64,000 nt of DNA from Amoebophrya sp. A120 (taxonomy: Eukaryota; Protista; Dinoflagellata): positions 3,911,838-3,975,837 of the forward strand of contig CAJINV010000002.1 in assembly GCA_905178155.1 (NCBI GenBank), in the 5' to 3' direction. The notes under the pieces are model-generated. The model ran no database searches. It saw nothing but the letters and a program-made list of their open reading frames with translations, and was not told the DNA's origin. A program made the position numbers and the translations under genes. Of the stretch, positions 12,866-26,181 are shown piece by piece (the first letter of the stretch is position 1; each line of letters starts with the position of its first letter).

Positions 12866-15800
12866 ATGCCCCGTCAAATTACGCTCCTGGTGGGGCCGCC
12901 GGGGTGCGGCAAAACGACCGTTGCCCCCCTGTTAGCGGTATCAACTGTAAAAGTGTCTGGGTCTGGAAGAATTCATGTTTGCAGAATATATTAACTAGCA
13001 ATATGACACATATTAATCAATATGACATTTGGCAACGACAACGCTCCGAAACCCAAAAAAAGTAGCAATCTCATATTGTTATACTGTCATATTGTCATAT
13101 AGCATATTGCTCATGAGGGCCTCGCGCATGAAAATTGGGGCCGTCCGAGCTGCTTGCGGACTATACGGCCACTAGGACCGTGCGCGCCGTTGTGCAGTTG
13201 TTCGTGCAGATACCGCGCAGATACCCACTAGGCGCCTCCTAGGCTTCTCTCCCGAGCATGGTGGCAACGCCCTACAGCGTTGGGCGCACTCCTCGCGCGG
13301 TATTGCTGGCACAGGCACTGTCTCTGCCGGTAGCGGCCCGACTGCGAAGTCATGCACTAGGCTGTCGCTGGCACAGCATCATCGCACCTTGCTTTTTCGG
13401 GAACTATTCCCGCGCCCGACCACCTGGCTAAGTAGCTTTGTGCTAATGATAGTCTTGCTGTTTATGAGGGTAGCGCATCTCGTAATCACAGCAAAACTAT
13501 GCCAAGCCACACTGATTTTTGAGCAGTTTCCGTGTGTTGGTCTCCTAGGAGGCCCGCGGCGACGAATGGGCAGCCGGGGCGAAGACTTTTCTTCGTAAAG
13601 CAGCAACAGGGTGACCGACGGTGAGGCTATCGACCGCCCGGGGCGTTTTCGCCAACGAATTAGGCGGGGAGCGAAGATGTCCTGCCACGGCATGCGACAA
13701 ACGCTGCGCGTCAGGTCATCTCCCGGTCCCCGAAGCCGATGACTCCGGTCATATTGCTCAAAAATCCGCGGTCATATTGACATATTGTAATATTGTCATA
13801 TGTCATATTGTGAAAAGTGCCCGAATTTTGCTAGTTAATATATTCTGTGTTTGTCATGCTTGTCTGGCATGACTCTTAGTCATGCACGTTACCCAAGAGC
13901 TCCGTTTTTCTGTGATGCAGAAGCGCAGTTTGTCATGCAGAATAGGCAACACCTAGGAGCTCAGAAACTTGTCATGCTGAGCCAGCATTTGTAGTCTCAT
14001 CATGAGACGCTACCCAGCATCACAAGTTTCCAGACCCAGACATTTTTGCATTTGATAAGCGGAAATGTTTGACCGACCACTGCTGGAGTTGGAGAAGCTG
14101 ATCCAGAAGGAAATCGCCACGGGGTCAGAATCCGGGCAGTACCTGAAGCTCTGCAAGCTGCAAAACCGAACACCAGACGACGTGACGCTCATGAACCTGT
14201 TCCGAAACGAAATCTTAAACAACTGTCCCCTCGGCTGCTTCCTCTGTGACTACCCAGTCACGCTGTCACAAGCGCAGGCGCTGGATAGGTACAGATGAAA
14301 TAGTGTTTTAGGATTTTGCTTTAGTAAGTTGTCCTCCTGCATAGAACATTGGGGAAAGCGTAAGTATTGCTGCGCAGCGCGATTGATGCGCATCTGATGT
14401 TTATGCCAGTCGCAGTCTTGGACCTCGTCTGTCATGCGCCAATCCCAATCCACATTATGTGAAAACGAAAACGCTTTGTTCCACCACCACCTCCACGCAG
14501 GTTTTTGATCGGTTCCGGCGACAGGCAATCGCTGAAGGTGATCAACCTGACCGCAACGGACGAGGTGTGCGAAGCGAGACTACGGGAAAGATGGGTGCAC
14601 TTGCCAAGTGGGAGGGTTTACAACAAGGTCAGTTTCCCGCCCAGCAGTATGGCGTCCGAAGAACCGGCGATGCTGGACGATGTCAGTGGGGAGCCCTTGA
14701 TCCAGATGGAAAAGGACGACAAACTAGTGATCCCGAAAGAGCTATCCTCTGCAAAAGTATCGTACTCGTACTAATGGCTTTTATGCATGACAAATTTTTT
14801 TCTTAAGTGAAATCCGCATTACGAATTTCATTTGTAATGCTAAGTCAATTTGTATGGCAATTTCTGCTAGTAGTAGTACGATGCTTTTGCAATCCATAAG
14901 AGCTCTTCAAGTACCATTTGGGCTGCGAGCCACAGTTGAACCACTTCGGCAGATACGAAAAAGTCGACTGCCCAGCGGAAAAATCCGTCAAGGACATCGT
15001 ATACATAGAGAAATTGGGATTATTTTTGTGTGATTTGCGTTGCATGTTGCAGCGTCAGGAACAAATAGGAGGATGTTTTGTGCACATGATGCAAAATCTT
15101 CAACGAAGTTTTTGAACTTTATCTTCTTTACCCCTACTCAGGTAACCGAGTGCGCCTTCATCCTGGTAAACTCCACCTTCATATCGATTGCACCTATGGC
15201 TGCTGCGTCTGGAAAGTTGTAATGCTAGAAGTGAACGAGAACGATAGAAGCACTGCAATACGCAGCCAAGCGTGACAAATTTTTGGTCAGCTTTGTGTTG
15301 CGTATTAATTTCGTTTGGCAAGCTGCATTGTTGCATGACAGGCAAGCGGGCCTTTTCGTGCGCATGCATCACAGTGGCTCGAGCTCGAGGCATGTCCGAC
15401 ATGCATGACAAATCTAGCAAGCTTCCAGACCCAGACTACATATTTGCATTTGATACTTCGCAAGACAGCTGACCTTCGCCGAGCGAAACGCCGAAGCCAT
15501 GGGCAACGCGCCGCTGCCGATAGTATCGGACGCACCGGTATCAAATGTAAAAATGTCTGGGTCTGGAAGAATGCGCGATTTGTCATGCAGCTTTTCCATG
15601 ACCCATGAGTTCTGGAATGCAGGACCTAGCATGACAGATTCTGTGCGATCTCTCTCATGCCTATCCTGCATGAGAAACTCCCTCCCGACTTGGTCAAAAC
15701 TGGACGACTTTTGGTAATCATGCAACACAGATTTTTGCATGCTTCAGATTTAGCATGACAAGTTGCATTCTTCCAGACCCAGACATTTTTACATTTGATA

Positions 15801-15930
15801 ACCGGACGCAGCGACCCGCGTGTACGATCGGGGCGACAGGCTGGAGAGGAAAGCGCCGGTGCTCGACGCTTTCACCAAGAACGGGGGGAAGTTTACCCTG
15901 ACGAAGTGGCACGAAACCGTGTCGAATTAA
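12866..15930 (+). CDS. Adenylate kinase-like protein (divergent)
   Basis: P-loop LLVGPPGCGKTT; LID-like RWVHLPSGRVYN...DDVSGEPLIQ. Introners 12939-14057 (TSD agcgg), 14743-14898, 15182-15455, 15539-15800; GT-AG introns 14289-14500 and 14999-15141; stop TAA 15928-15930. Confidence 0.8.
12982..13847. mobile_element. Non-autonomous TIR element nested inside a family A introner
   Basis: 20-bp TIR CAGAATATATTAACTAGCAA / TTGCTAGTTAATATATTCTG, 6-bp TSD tgtttg, subterminal TGTCATAT repeats, GC-rich core. Confidence 0.85.
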
Positions 15931-16383
15931 GTGACGTAGTGGGGTGTGAGGAGGTGGTGTCAGAGGTAGGGTAGAAAGAGGAGGTAGAGGAGAAATAAAC
16001 GGGTACTATAGCAAGTCCAAGTTCCTATTTTCGTGAATACAGTTACAGTTTAAGATTACGAATACGATTCTTTTCGACGATTACAGTTTAAGATTACAGC
16101 ACGATATCTTCTTACGCGGACTTTCAGTTACAGTTGAAACCTAGAATAGCAGGAGAGCAGAGGTACTACTGGTGACCTCGTCAGAGAATATAGAGCAATA
16201 GCTTGTGTCGAAACGCGGAGCAATGATTTTTGGTTCAAAACACCGATGTGCGAGATAGTATCGAAACCCAACTTGACGCTACTTGAGTACTGGGAAAGAA
16301 CAAATGTGACAATGGTACTATGGATCAATGTAAATAAGTAGATCAATGGCCGAAGATCATCCAATAGACCCTATTAACAACTA

Positions 16384-18092
16384 CAGCGCCGGGTGCGTCG
16401 GCAAGCTGCTGGTTTGTTTTTTGCCGAGCTGTTGATATTTTCTTTCGCCGGCCCGAGGAACAAGTGTGTTCGAAAAGAAAGTTTTGGAGCCGTCTTTTGG
16501 TTAGCGCGGCTAGCTGTATGAGGATAGCTTCATTCACATAGACCGCGGCCCCTGAAAAACGAGACGCAGAAGTGCCCACGTGCGGCGACAGTTGCAGCAC
16601 TGGCGCCGATCGTGGGCCTTTCGAATCCCAGCCGCGAGCGGAGCCCGCGCCGAAGCAATGCCACCCCCGACGCCCAACCCGGGCGGCTGCTTGCTCTCCC
16701 ATGTGTTTCGCTAAGGACACGGGAGCAAGACCCGGCCAACGCACGGGGCCCGGCCGCGGGCTGGTGTGCTCCTCCTGTGGCGCCTTTCGCCGATGAGGCC
16801 GAGGGACGCGCCGTACAGCGCCGGGCTTTGGAATTTGGACTTGGCCGAGGAAGCGGACGCGAAGGGCTTGAGCGCCCCGCCGGCCTTCGGTTCCATCGCT
16901 TCCGAAAATCGCTGGCGTGATATCTCGGACAGGCGCCCGGGGTGCTGTACGCATTGCAACAAACCGGCGCCGGCTAGTCCCTGCGGGGATTGCCGGAGGG
17001 GGGTGGCTTCTTGGTGCGTGGCGCACAAGATGGGCAAGGGCGGGAACTTGGTCCGGCTTTCGGCGGCGTCGCAGCCGGGCCGGCGCGGCTTTTGCCTTCG
17101 CCCGGCTTTGCAGCCTCGCCCCCCGCTGCAAAAGGGGAGCGGCGAGCGCCTTTCCGTGTGGCCCCTGCCTGGCTATTGGTGGCGACGGGCGCCGCCCTAT
17201 GCCCAAGGGACGGAGTTGGCCGCCGGCCCGGCCTAGGGCGGGCGCGCATTGGCTGCGCTCCTCCGACGACGTCCCAAAGTGGGCGAGCCCGCAACGACGG
17301 AAAGCAAAGCCGTACGCAGGTGCGCGGCCTGCTAGGCTTACCGCGAAGAGAGGGGGGCGGCGGGGGAAAGGCTGCGCCCTGCCCCTTGCCCCAGCGGCGC
17401 CGGGGGGTCTCTCCCAGCCAAACAGTGGCCCAGTGGAGTGCAGAAGTCGCCCCACCCCCCGCCCGGGGGGGCGCGTGGTCCTTTGCTTGCGGAGTGCGTC
17501 CGCCGGGCGTTGTTGCCCTGCCTCCCCTGGGCCGCCAAGCGGGCCCCCGCCGCCCCCGCCGATTTTGCAGCTATGGGTGGCCAGGGCGGCCCGGTGGATG
17601 CGTATCTTCTGTTGGGGCGCCTTGCTTGGAAAAAGGACGGACCTTGGAAGCAGAGGCAGCCCGGGCCATTCGCCGTCTCTTTTCTGACTCTCGCGCTGTC
17701 GGCGTACGTAGGTGCGTGCGTGTGTGAGCGCGCGGGCTTGCAGCATGATGTCCAGTGCGGCGCAGGAGCTGCCACGGTTACATTTCGTGTGTATTTATTT
17801 TCATTGAGGCGGCCCTCTCGCTCTCTTGGCTGTGGTTGTGGTGTGTTTTGTGTGTGATTGTTTTTGATGGGTGCCTGTATCTAAGAGTGGAGAGCCTGCT
17901 TGAGAGGCAAAGTGGCACATCAGCGCATCAAACGGGAGGCAGTAGAAAGAAAATGTGAGCGGGTCGGCGCAAATGCTAATGCGAGCGAATTGCAATTCCC
18001 CGTTTTGTTCATGACAGCGATCTTGTACTTGCATGTTGGATATGCAGCAGCTACATTTCTATCCATGGTCTATTGATGCCATAGACCAACTG
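16384..18092. mobile_element. Intergenic GC-rich decayed element (possible TA-flanked CAG...CTG element)
   Basis: Abrupt GC-rich island with broken frames and CxxC remnants (CTHC...CGDC); ends ta|CAG ... CTG|ta; hairpin tggtctat-N7-atagacca near the right end. Confidence 0.4.
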
Positions 18093-18151
18093 TAGAGCTT
18101 CGCAAGCTCAATTTTCCCACGACCCCGGGGATCTTCCCCACCAGCAAGATC

Positions 18152-21100
18152 ATGGACCCTCCCCTGCCCTGGCGCGGCCGGCTCCGCACGGCGAACACGC
18201 TCTACGAGCTGGAAGAAGCGTCAACGACCATCGGTCGCGACCCGCAGAACGACCTGGTCCTGGATTCCCGGGGGATTTCCCGCTTTCACGCCATCCTCAC
18301 CTTTACCAACACCAGCGGACCCTGTTTGACCGACAAGGGGTCGGCCAACGGGACGTTTGTGAACTCGCACCGGTTGGCGAAGGACACGCCGTTTCGGTTG
18401 AACCACGGCGACTTTATCTTTTTCTCCGCGTACGAACGGACGCACTACAGGTTCGAACTCCCGGATGGCGATCTGAACAGCAGCAACATCCTCGGCAACA
18501 TGCCGGAGTACGTCACCCCGCCCGCGAAGGAACCGCTGATCACAGGCGGGTTTGAAGACGCGCAGGAGATCCGGAAGCGACAGCAGTACCTGGGGGTCGA
18601 AAACTTGACCAACGTCGACCACCGCATGGTCACGCCACGGCAACCCTTCGTGGGGGAAAACTCGAACTCAAGGAACAAGATTTACTACGGGAAAAACGAC
18701 GAGCAGAGGAGAGGACCACAGAGTGGCACAGCTGCCAGAACTAGCGTTAATGCTGGTCGTCGGAACAGCAGCAGTAGCGGAATGCTGGGCGGTGGTGGGG
18801 GAAACAACTACATTGAGGAGGAGGAGGAAGACGAAGGTATCAAATGCAAAAATGTCTGGGTCTGGAAGGTTGCAACTTGTAATGCTAGCTCTCCAGCATA
18901 CCGAGGAAATCTGTACTGCATAGCAAACAAAAGACGCAGCCTTTTTTGTACATGCAAAAACTCATTTTGTCGTGCGGATTTCCTATCAGAAAGCGTTCTG
19001 AAAAGTTGACATGCTGTGTTGCATTCGGAACTGTTTCCATCATCCACATTTTAGCAACACAAGTTTCCAGACCCAGACATTTTTGCAATGCATAGAAGGA
19101 AACACTTATCAAGACGACCTCTCCGATATTCGTGCTGAGCAGGCGCAGAACCGGATGAGTCAGCGACGCGCAAGTGCAGGAGGAAATAATAGAGCTAGCG
19201 GCGTGCAGCAGACCAGGTTAGACGCAGTGGAGAAGCGGTCGACGTCCACGTCACGGGCGATGCTAGGGGGCCGACGAAATAATGATGATGAAAACAACAA
19301 CGACCTCGAGTTCGAAGACGGGGGTTTTAAGCCACGGAGCAGTAGCTCCACGAGTCTGCGAAATTACAACGCGATGATGAGAAATGACGATGGAGCTGCT
19401 GATCCTGCAGCCAACAGCGACGACTGGTCGAGTAATCTGGTGAAAAAGAAGTCTATCGCAACCCCCCCGGCAGTGAAGGAGAGGCTGGATTTCTTGGAAA
19501 AGAAACTTTTAGAGACGGAACGGGAGAAGGAGGTGAGTGATGTCATGAATCAAAGCGGGTCCGCCCGCGAAGGAGTTGTTGTACCAGGGGCGAGAGAACA
19601 TCAAAGCGGCGCTGTTTCCCTGTCTGGGTCGGGGTTAAACAGGAGCAACAGCGCCGGCGGCACGAACAACTTCCCCGAATCCGGATCGGCCGCAGGATCT
19701 GCCGCGGCTTCGGGCGGCGGCGGAGGTTTTAATATTCTCGGCGGGTCTGGATCTGGGTCCGGCGGAGTTCTCGTGCCGAATACTGCAAGCAACCCTGCAG
19801 ACCTCCTAGAATCCTCAACGCTGTTGCAGAGCCCGGATTTCGTGACGGACGTCCACACCCTGCAGCGCGCCTTGGAAATTCTTTCCCGGATTGGGCGGGC
19901 AGTGACAAAAGGCTACTCTTCCGCGGCGTCGCAACAAGTAACACCGAGGTTGTTCAACACGACTGTTGGAGCCGCGAACAATAATCTTCAAAACGACGTG
20001 ACCATGACAAACGCGGGAGATGAACAATCAGGCAAGTATGCCGCGGAAGATCATGCCGTTGCGAAAACGTTAAACCGGACGGATTTTTTCACGGCCTCAA
20101 TGCTGGATACAAACATGTTTCAGCAACAACAGCAGAATGGAGGTGGTACAGGTAATATTTTCAACACGACGCCGAGAAAAAAGCTCAACATCGACAAGGC
20201 GCGAAAGGAAGAGGAGCAGGATCTGCTGGCGGTTCTGGCGAACTTTTTCCGGGGCAAGAACGAGGATTCGAATAATCAAGCAGCAGTGCAGCCGATTGTC
20301 CCGACAATTTTGAACACGACAAAAAAACTAGAAAAGCTGTTCCGCGAGACGAAAACCGGCCAGGCGTTTCTGCAAGCCATGTTGCAGGACGAAAGTAGAA
20401 CTGCAACTGGCTCCAAAATGATAACGACCGGCGATAATTTTGATACAGCAGGAAATAATCTTCAAATGAACGCGGCTCAAAGCGAAGAGGAGTCGGATTT
20501 GTCGTTTGGGGACGAGGATGGAAACAATTCGGACAACGACGACCTGGAGAATTTATCCGATAATTCCGATTTCGACGAGGACCGACAAAAGAAACTGCAA
20601 AGGATCCGCCGGAGCCGCGGGTATTTGACCCAACTCGTGAAACAGCAGGACATTGAGTTGTCCGAACTCCGCAGTAGGGCGAATTTTTATCAGCAGCTGT
20701 TTCCGGATGGCGGACCCGCGACGGGAATGAAGGCCAAAAACTCACTCTTAAAAGCCGACAATCTGACCGCGTGGCGTGACCGGATCAACAACGGCGGTGT
20801 AGCAGCTACTACAGGAGCTAGTACTGCAACCGGCGGCCCGGCTCTGCAGAGCTTGAATAACGGGATGCTGCAGCAACTGGAAACCGACCAGTTGATCAAG
20901 CTGTCCTACCTCTTAGAAATATGCATTGCAAAAGTATGGTGCTCGTACTAGTTGCAGTGCAGCATAACAGATCTCGTGTCATAGCTAATTCAGCATGACA
21001 AATTCCATGCTTCCTACTTCTGGAGAAATTGCGAATTATGCTACTTGTTCTACTAGCACGATACTTTTGCAATGCATAAGCAAACCAGCTGACCAATTCC

Positions 21101-23678
21101 ATCGCGAAAGAGCAAACCAACGAGAACAGCCGGCACTGGAAGCAACTTTTGCTAGAATCCGAGTTTTTCAAGTCCCGCATTTTCCGCGCGCAGCAGAATC
21201 TGAAAAATCTCCGGGCGAAAAACCAGGTGAACGCGAAGGAGGTGTTGGCTCTTACGCATGAGAAAAAAGCATCTTCGCACTAAGGAGCACCAATTGCATA
21301 TACAAACTTTTTCAGGCTGTTGAAAGACATCACAATGTGCCATACTAGATCAGCATCACCAGGTAGCGCAAGACATTTGTCATGCTGTACTACTGCAGTT
21401 AGCACGATATTGCGATGATTTTCCATAGGATAACGCTTCGGAGTAAACAGTACTCGGAGGAAATGGAAGTCGAGGGGATCTACGCAAACGCGGAGGTGGT
21501 CGGCGAGAGCGACCGACAAAGGGCGCGGAACAACTTTAACTTGGAAGAGGAGCAGCAGGCCTTTTCGTTGAAACTGTCAGACGAAAACGAGAAGTTGGGG
21601 AAAATGAAGGAGTTCGTCTTGCAGGAAAAATTGCGGCTCCAGGAAGCAGAGGACTTGGTGTTCAACGGATCTTACGCAAGTGTAGAAAGTTTTTCAAGTG
21701 TAATATCGCTGTCGCTGTAATTTTAATTTGCCATGCAGATTCAGGTTCAGATACGCAGGGCCCGCATCTGTAGTCCTGCATGCGATGCCGCTATAGTACG
21801 ATCTCGATATTACGAGTCCAACTTTTGCACTGGATAGATCTACTGGAGTGTCATCAAGCGCCACAACTACGAGTACTACAGCGAACAATGCAGAAAATAA
21901 CCTCCTCCAGCAAACTTATGCATTGCAAAAGTATCGTAATCGTACAAATGCATTACAAATTTCCTCAGCGTAAGAAATAAAGTTTGTAATGCTGATTTGC
22001 CTCAAGAAAAAAATTTCTAATGCGTGATTGCAATACCAATACGAGCGCGATACTTTTGCACAGGATAGAACTTCTCTCCTAGCGATTTCGAACCTTCTCG
22101 AGGAGATCAAAAACGCGGGGACGTTGTATGATCTGCTCAAACGTTACAATCTCAAACGTTCCAATAGAATCTGGGATGTGTCTTGCATATATGAGCATGA
22201 CAGACTCGCAGACCATTCCACTTTCTGCAGCACAGATTTCGGCACATTTTTGTAGTGCGGTTTGGGGCTCCGGAACTTGTCATGCGCAGTCCTATGAGAA
22301 TTGGCTAGATCATGCACCTCTTGCATCACAGATTTCCAAATTCTATTGCAACGTTTGAGATTGTATCGTTTGAGCAGGTCATACGTTGGAACGGGTGGTC
22401 GAGCTGGAGAACTGCGCGCGGTTTCTGTACTGGAAACTGCTCCACTTGGAGAAAGCGACGCGGAACGCAAATCGGTTGACGGAATTTCAACTCCGGGAGC
22501 AACAGCAGCAACAGCAAAATGACATCCTGAAAACGAAAGACAAGGACCCGCTGTCCGCACGGGCGAGGCGAAAGCAGACAGGATGGAATTTGCAGGAGCG
22601 GCTTTTTGGAGGCGATCCCGTTGGGGGAAGTAGTACAACTGGGAAGAAGTTTTTGAAGCTGAAGCCCTCCGCAGTTCCTCCGGTACCGAAAACGGTGCAG
22701 GACGTAATTGGAGTGAACGTCCAGGAAATTGTCGCGAACCATCGGAGTGCAGCTCCTTCGTCAAGGCTGCGCGCACCAGGACCAGGTTCGGATCAAAGCG
22801 GCACGAGAAGCGCACCGACTGGTGGTGCAGCGAACAATGCAAGCAAAAGTAGTATCGCAAACAACAGTAACTCCAAACGCATGGAGGATTGCATTGCGGA
22901 GGCGCTGAGACAGCACAACGTCGAGCAAGCCCGGATGTTGAAGCAATTGTGGCGGGAGAAGGAGACGAAGGAAAAGCAGCTGAAGGCGGAAAAGGAGAGA
23001 CAGGTAAGTACGTATTGTGGTGCGTTTGCCAGCATGAGATAAGTGAGGTCTTGTACAAGTTTTGCATGAGAAAAAGCTGTAAACATCCCTTTAAATAAAA
23101 CCTGTCAGGAGCAAGAAGCCGCGACCGCGCGTGCGAAGAAGGAGGAGGAGGCCCGACTGGAGCAGGAGCGGATTAACGCGGGCAAATCGGAGTTGGACGC
23201 CGCCTTTTTGGAAAACGTGAACGGGAAGTCCATGTTTGGCGTGAAATTCCACTCGCAAAACGTGAACCCAAACACCATGGTGTCGTCCTCTGCGAGTGGG
23301 AATGTTGTGATGGAGGAACAGCAAGAACAGCAGCAAGTTTCATTCCCCTCAGGAGGTGGTGGACCCGTACTACCCGACTTCAGTAACAACGTCAAAAATC
23401 TCACCGTTGGCAGCGCGGCGAGCTTCCTGCCGGGCGACCAGAAACTCCAGCTTACCCCTCGAGGGGCGGGCTCCTCGTCGGTACAAAACACGATCCGGGG
23501 GCCCCAGGACTTGAACAGTTACAGTCGGAATCTGCATGCGAGGATGAACAACTACAACGACCCAGTTTTCGCGGACGGGACGAGTGCGAATTATGAACAA
23601 CCGGAGGATTTGGAAGATAAGATACGGCACCCGCAGAAATACGTGCCGCAAATTCTGGTGGAGCTGCCAGATGATTGA
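18152..23678 (+). CDS. FHA-domain protein with coiled-coil and low-complexity regions
   Basis: FHA motifs TIGRDPQNDLVL..ISRFHA..DKGSANGTFVN. Introners 18838-19094, 20920-21078, 21253-21432, 21673-21836, 21917-22067, 22127-22383; GT-AG intron 23004-23108; stop 23676-23678. Confidence 0.85.
22127..22383. mobile_element. Introner, family G (TIR TATGATCTGCTCAAACGTTACAATCTCAAACGTT)
   Basis: TSD cgttg/cgttg, frame restored (GTL|ERVVELE). Confidence 0.85.
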
Positions 23679-23944
23679 AGGAAGTAGAAAGAGATTGTCT
23701 GCAGTACTTTCTTTATCAGAAGATAAGATGCAAGGAGGTACATAAGCTGCAAGATTCGTTTGTCCACAACTCGCGAACGCGACTCGAATGAGAATTTACC
23801 TACGATCATAAAGACAAAAAGCTTTTTTGTTGAACATGAAATTGGAAGTGTAACTGCGCCAAGACTATATGCGCTGAAGACCTGCAGCGAGCTGCGCTAA
23901 TTTTTTGATGCAGCGACCACACACTCGTCTGGCTCTCAATTTTA

Positions 23945-25286
23945 CAGAGGCCCCTCTAGTTGTTCTGCGTCGAAGATCCGAGTCAGAGTGCGCACGTTTT
24001 CTGATCCAATGAAGGGCCTTGGAGCTTTTCCCGAATTAACCAACCAAGAAGCGCAGCAGTGCCGGAGAAACGGGGCGCGCCGATGAGCGCGGGGGCGCGC
24101 CTTGGTGGTGCGCGGCTGCGTGCGCACGCCCGGCAAATGGCGAACGCTTGCAAGCGTTGGCCCAAGATGCCGGGCGCTTTGCCTCGGGTGCCGCCGTGAA
24201 GCCCTGCAGGGAATCGGTGGGGGCGCCGCCGCGAAGGCGGCAACTGAAGGCAAGGCGGCAAGGCCTTCCCAGGGTATTTGAATGCGCGGCGGCGACAGCG
24301 ACAGAGCGACGATTCGCGGCAGCATCACATAGAGAAGCAACGCGAGCGGGAGCGTCAGAGACTGACTCCCTTCCGATTTTCCCCAGGGGCCTAGGTCTTG
24401 CCGATGGATGCCCGCGCGGGGCCGCGCCAAACAGGCGGCGGGGATTCATTGGGGCAGCGGCAGCAGCAGGCGCGGAGAGGAGGCGGCCGCGCCGGGGCCC
24501 CTGCCCTGTCTGCAGCCGACCGCGGCCCCCGGGCGGGCGGCCGTTGCTATGCGCGCAGGCACGAGAATTTCCCGAGCAAGTGGCCCCCCCGCGCTGAGGG
24601 AAATTTCGAAAGGCATAGAAATCGAGGGCATCATGGACCACGGCGCCTATCTCCTCGCGAAAGAGATCCTGCTGTGGGCCCACAGCCCGCCCCGTCTTTT
24701 GGGCGTGTGGAAGGTGACCCAGCGCGCGTTCGCGCGGAATTCGAGAGCACGTCAGACGCCCAGACCAAAAAGGCGGCGTGGTCGCTGCCCACCGCCTTGA
24801 CTTTTTCACGCAGGCCCAGCGGCCGCGCCTACAGACGCGGGCGGGCGGGCGGGCGGGCGCCCGCCCGAAGGCGCGCGGCTGGCGGCCCGGGGCGGTGGCG
24901 ACACAGGTGCCGCCCGTGGCCCCCGTGTGTCTCCCTATGCCGTCCTTGGGGTGGCGCCACCCATCCGTCCGCGGGGGCGGGCCTGGTTGGCGCCAGAAGC
25001 TTTGCGCGCCGGCCTCGCTCTCTCACCCTCGCTCTGCCACGGGGCTGGTTTGTGGAGTCGTAATCCTTTATCTATGCTCGCGGCCGCTCTTGCGTCCCGC
25101 ATCCGCGAGCGAAGACACGGATGGCGCCCGCGAGCCCGGTTTCGCGTGCGGCCGCGGAAATGCGTGTGGGCGTCGCGCTTTATAATTTTTGCGTCTTGCA
25201 TTGGAAAACTCAATGACTGACTAGCACCGCTTTGCCCGGACTATCGGGTGTGGGGTTCGTGATGGCGTATAATTTTGGCGGGGCTG
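23945..25286. mobile_element. Second intergenic GC-rich decayed element
   Basis: GC-rich island, CPVC remnant, ends ta|CAG ... CTG|ta, short patches resembling the 16384 island. Confidence 0.35.
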
Positions 25287-25803
25287 TAGTTGTTCTCCTT
25301 TTCTGAGCAGGAGGTTGTAGGATCAGCTCTTTTTGATGTGATCGCAGTTGTACTTACTACAAGGAGCTGTAGGATCATGTCTTTTGATGCTACTAGGTCA
25401 GTGACTCTTGTTGTTTCTTTCTTACGAGCAAGCCGACCAGTTCCTCATATTACATTTTACCAAGGATCATCATTATGCTCAGGACGGCCAGGATTGCTGA
25501 GACACTGCCCGGCACAGGAGAAAATTTGTAGTCGAGCTTTCCAACAAATCCCTCAGCAACGTTGACATAATTTGGATGTAGTGCCATGTTGTTCGAAGGC
25601 CCGCCGAACTAGGACACGCGAAAATGTAGTTAAAGGAACAAGTTCAAGTTGCAATTACAAAGCAAACTAGAATAGCGAACTAGTGCGTGGACCACAGTAC
25701 AGTCTTCTTTTAATCCTCCGACGTTAGAACATCAGACCAGATACAGTAGAAACAAGGAACATCGCCTCAGAGAATCAATTGTTGAAGCCAAAAACAAAGA
25801 AAA

Positions 25804-26181
25804 ATGTCATCCCTGGCCACCTCCTTCGGGATCCAATTGTACTGCGGGTACAAGTGGTTCGTTAACTACCTCTGGGACGGCAACTCCAGCTCTCCGGTGG
25901 ATCAATCGGCCCCTGCTATCAAAGCGCGGAAGAAACAGGAGTATAAACTGGATCAAGACTTGTACGACAGTGAGGAGGATACGGATTTCGATTCGGACGA
26001 CGTCTACGACAATCTCGGGGAAAGAGCGGATCGTGGCCGCGACGGTTTTTTCTTCGACCAAAGCGGATCCTCGTCCTCTTCGGGGAGCGAAGTGGAGGTT
26101 GAGAATCATGCTGGTGCAATTACCTCCTCTGACGGGCACGGGCTGTATCCCTCGGGGCGCGCGCGGGATGAAATTGTGTGA
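25804..26181 (+). CDS. Small acidic hypothetical protein (single exon)
   Basis: 125-aa ORF, ATG in A-rich context, coding-like composition; no recognisable domain. Confidence 0.45.
   Translation: MSSLATSFGIQLYCGYKWFVNYLWDGNSSSPVDQSAPAIKARKKQEYKLDQDLYDSEEDTDFDSDDVYDNLGERADRGRDGFFFDQSGSSSSSGSEVEVENHAGAITSSDGHGLYPSGRARDEIV

Noticed and set aside
16035-16135. Short ttacagtttaagattac duplication
   Set aside because: Two short copies in 3' flanking DNA, compatible with local slippage
16343-17857. Long overlapping Arg/Pro/Gly-rich ORFs (up to 467 aa)
   Set aside because: Open in several frames because extreme GC content removes stops; no coherent domain
18066-18094. Helitron 3' end (hairpin plus terminal motif)
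   Set aside because: The hairpin is followed by CTGTAG rather than CTRR at the expected distance, and no 5' TC/AT junction was found
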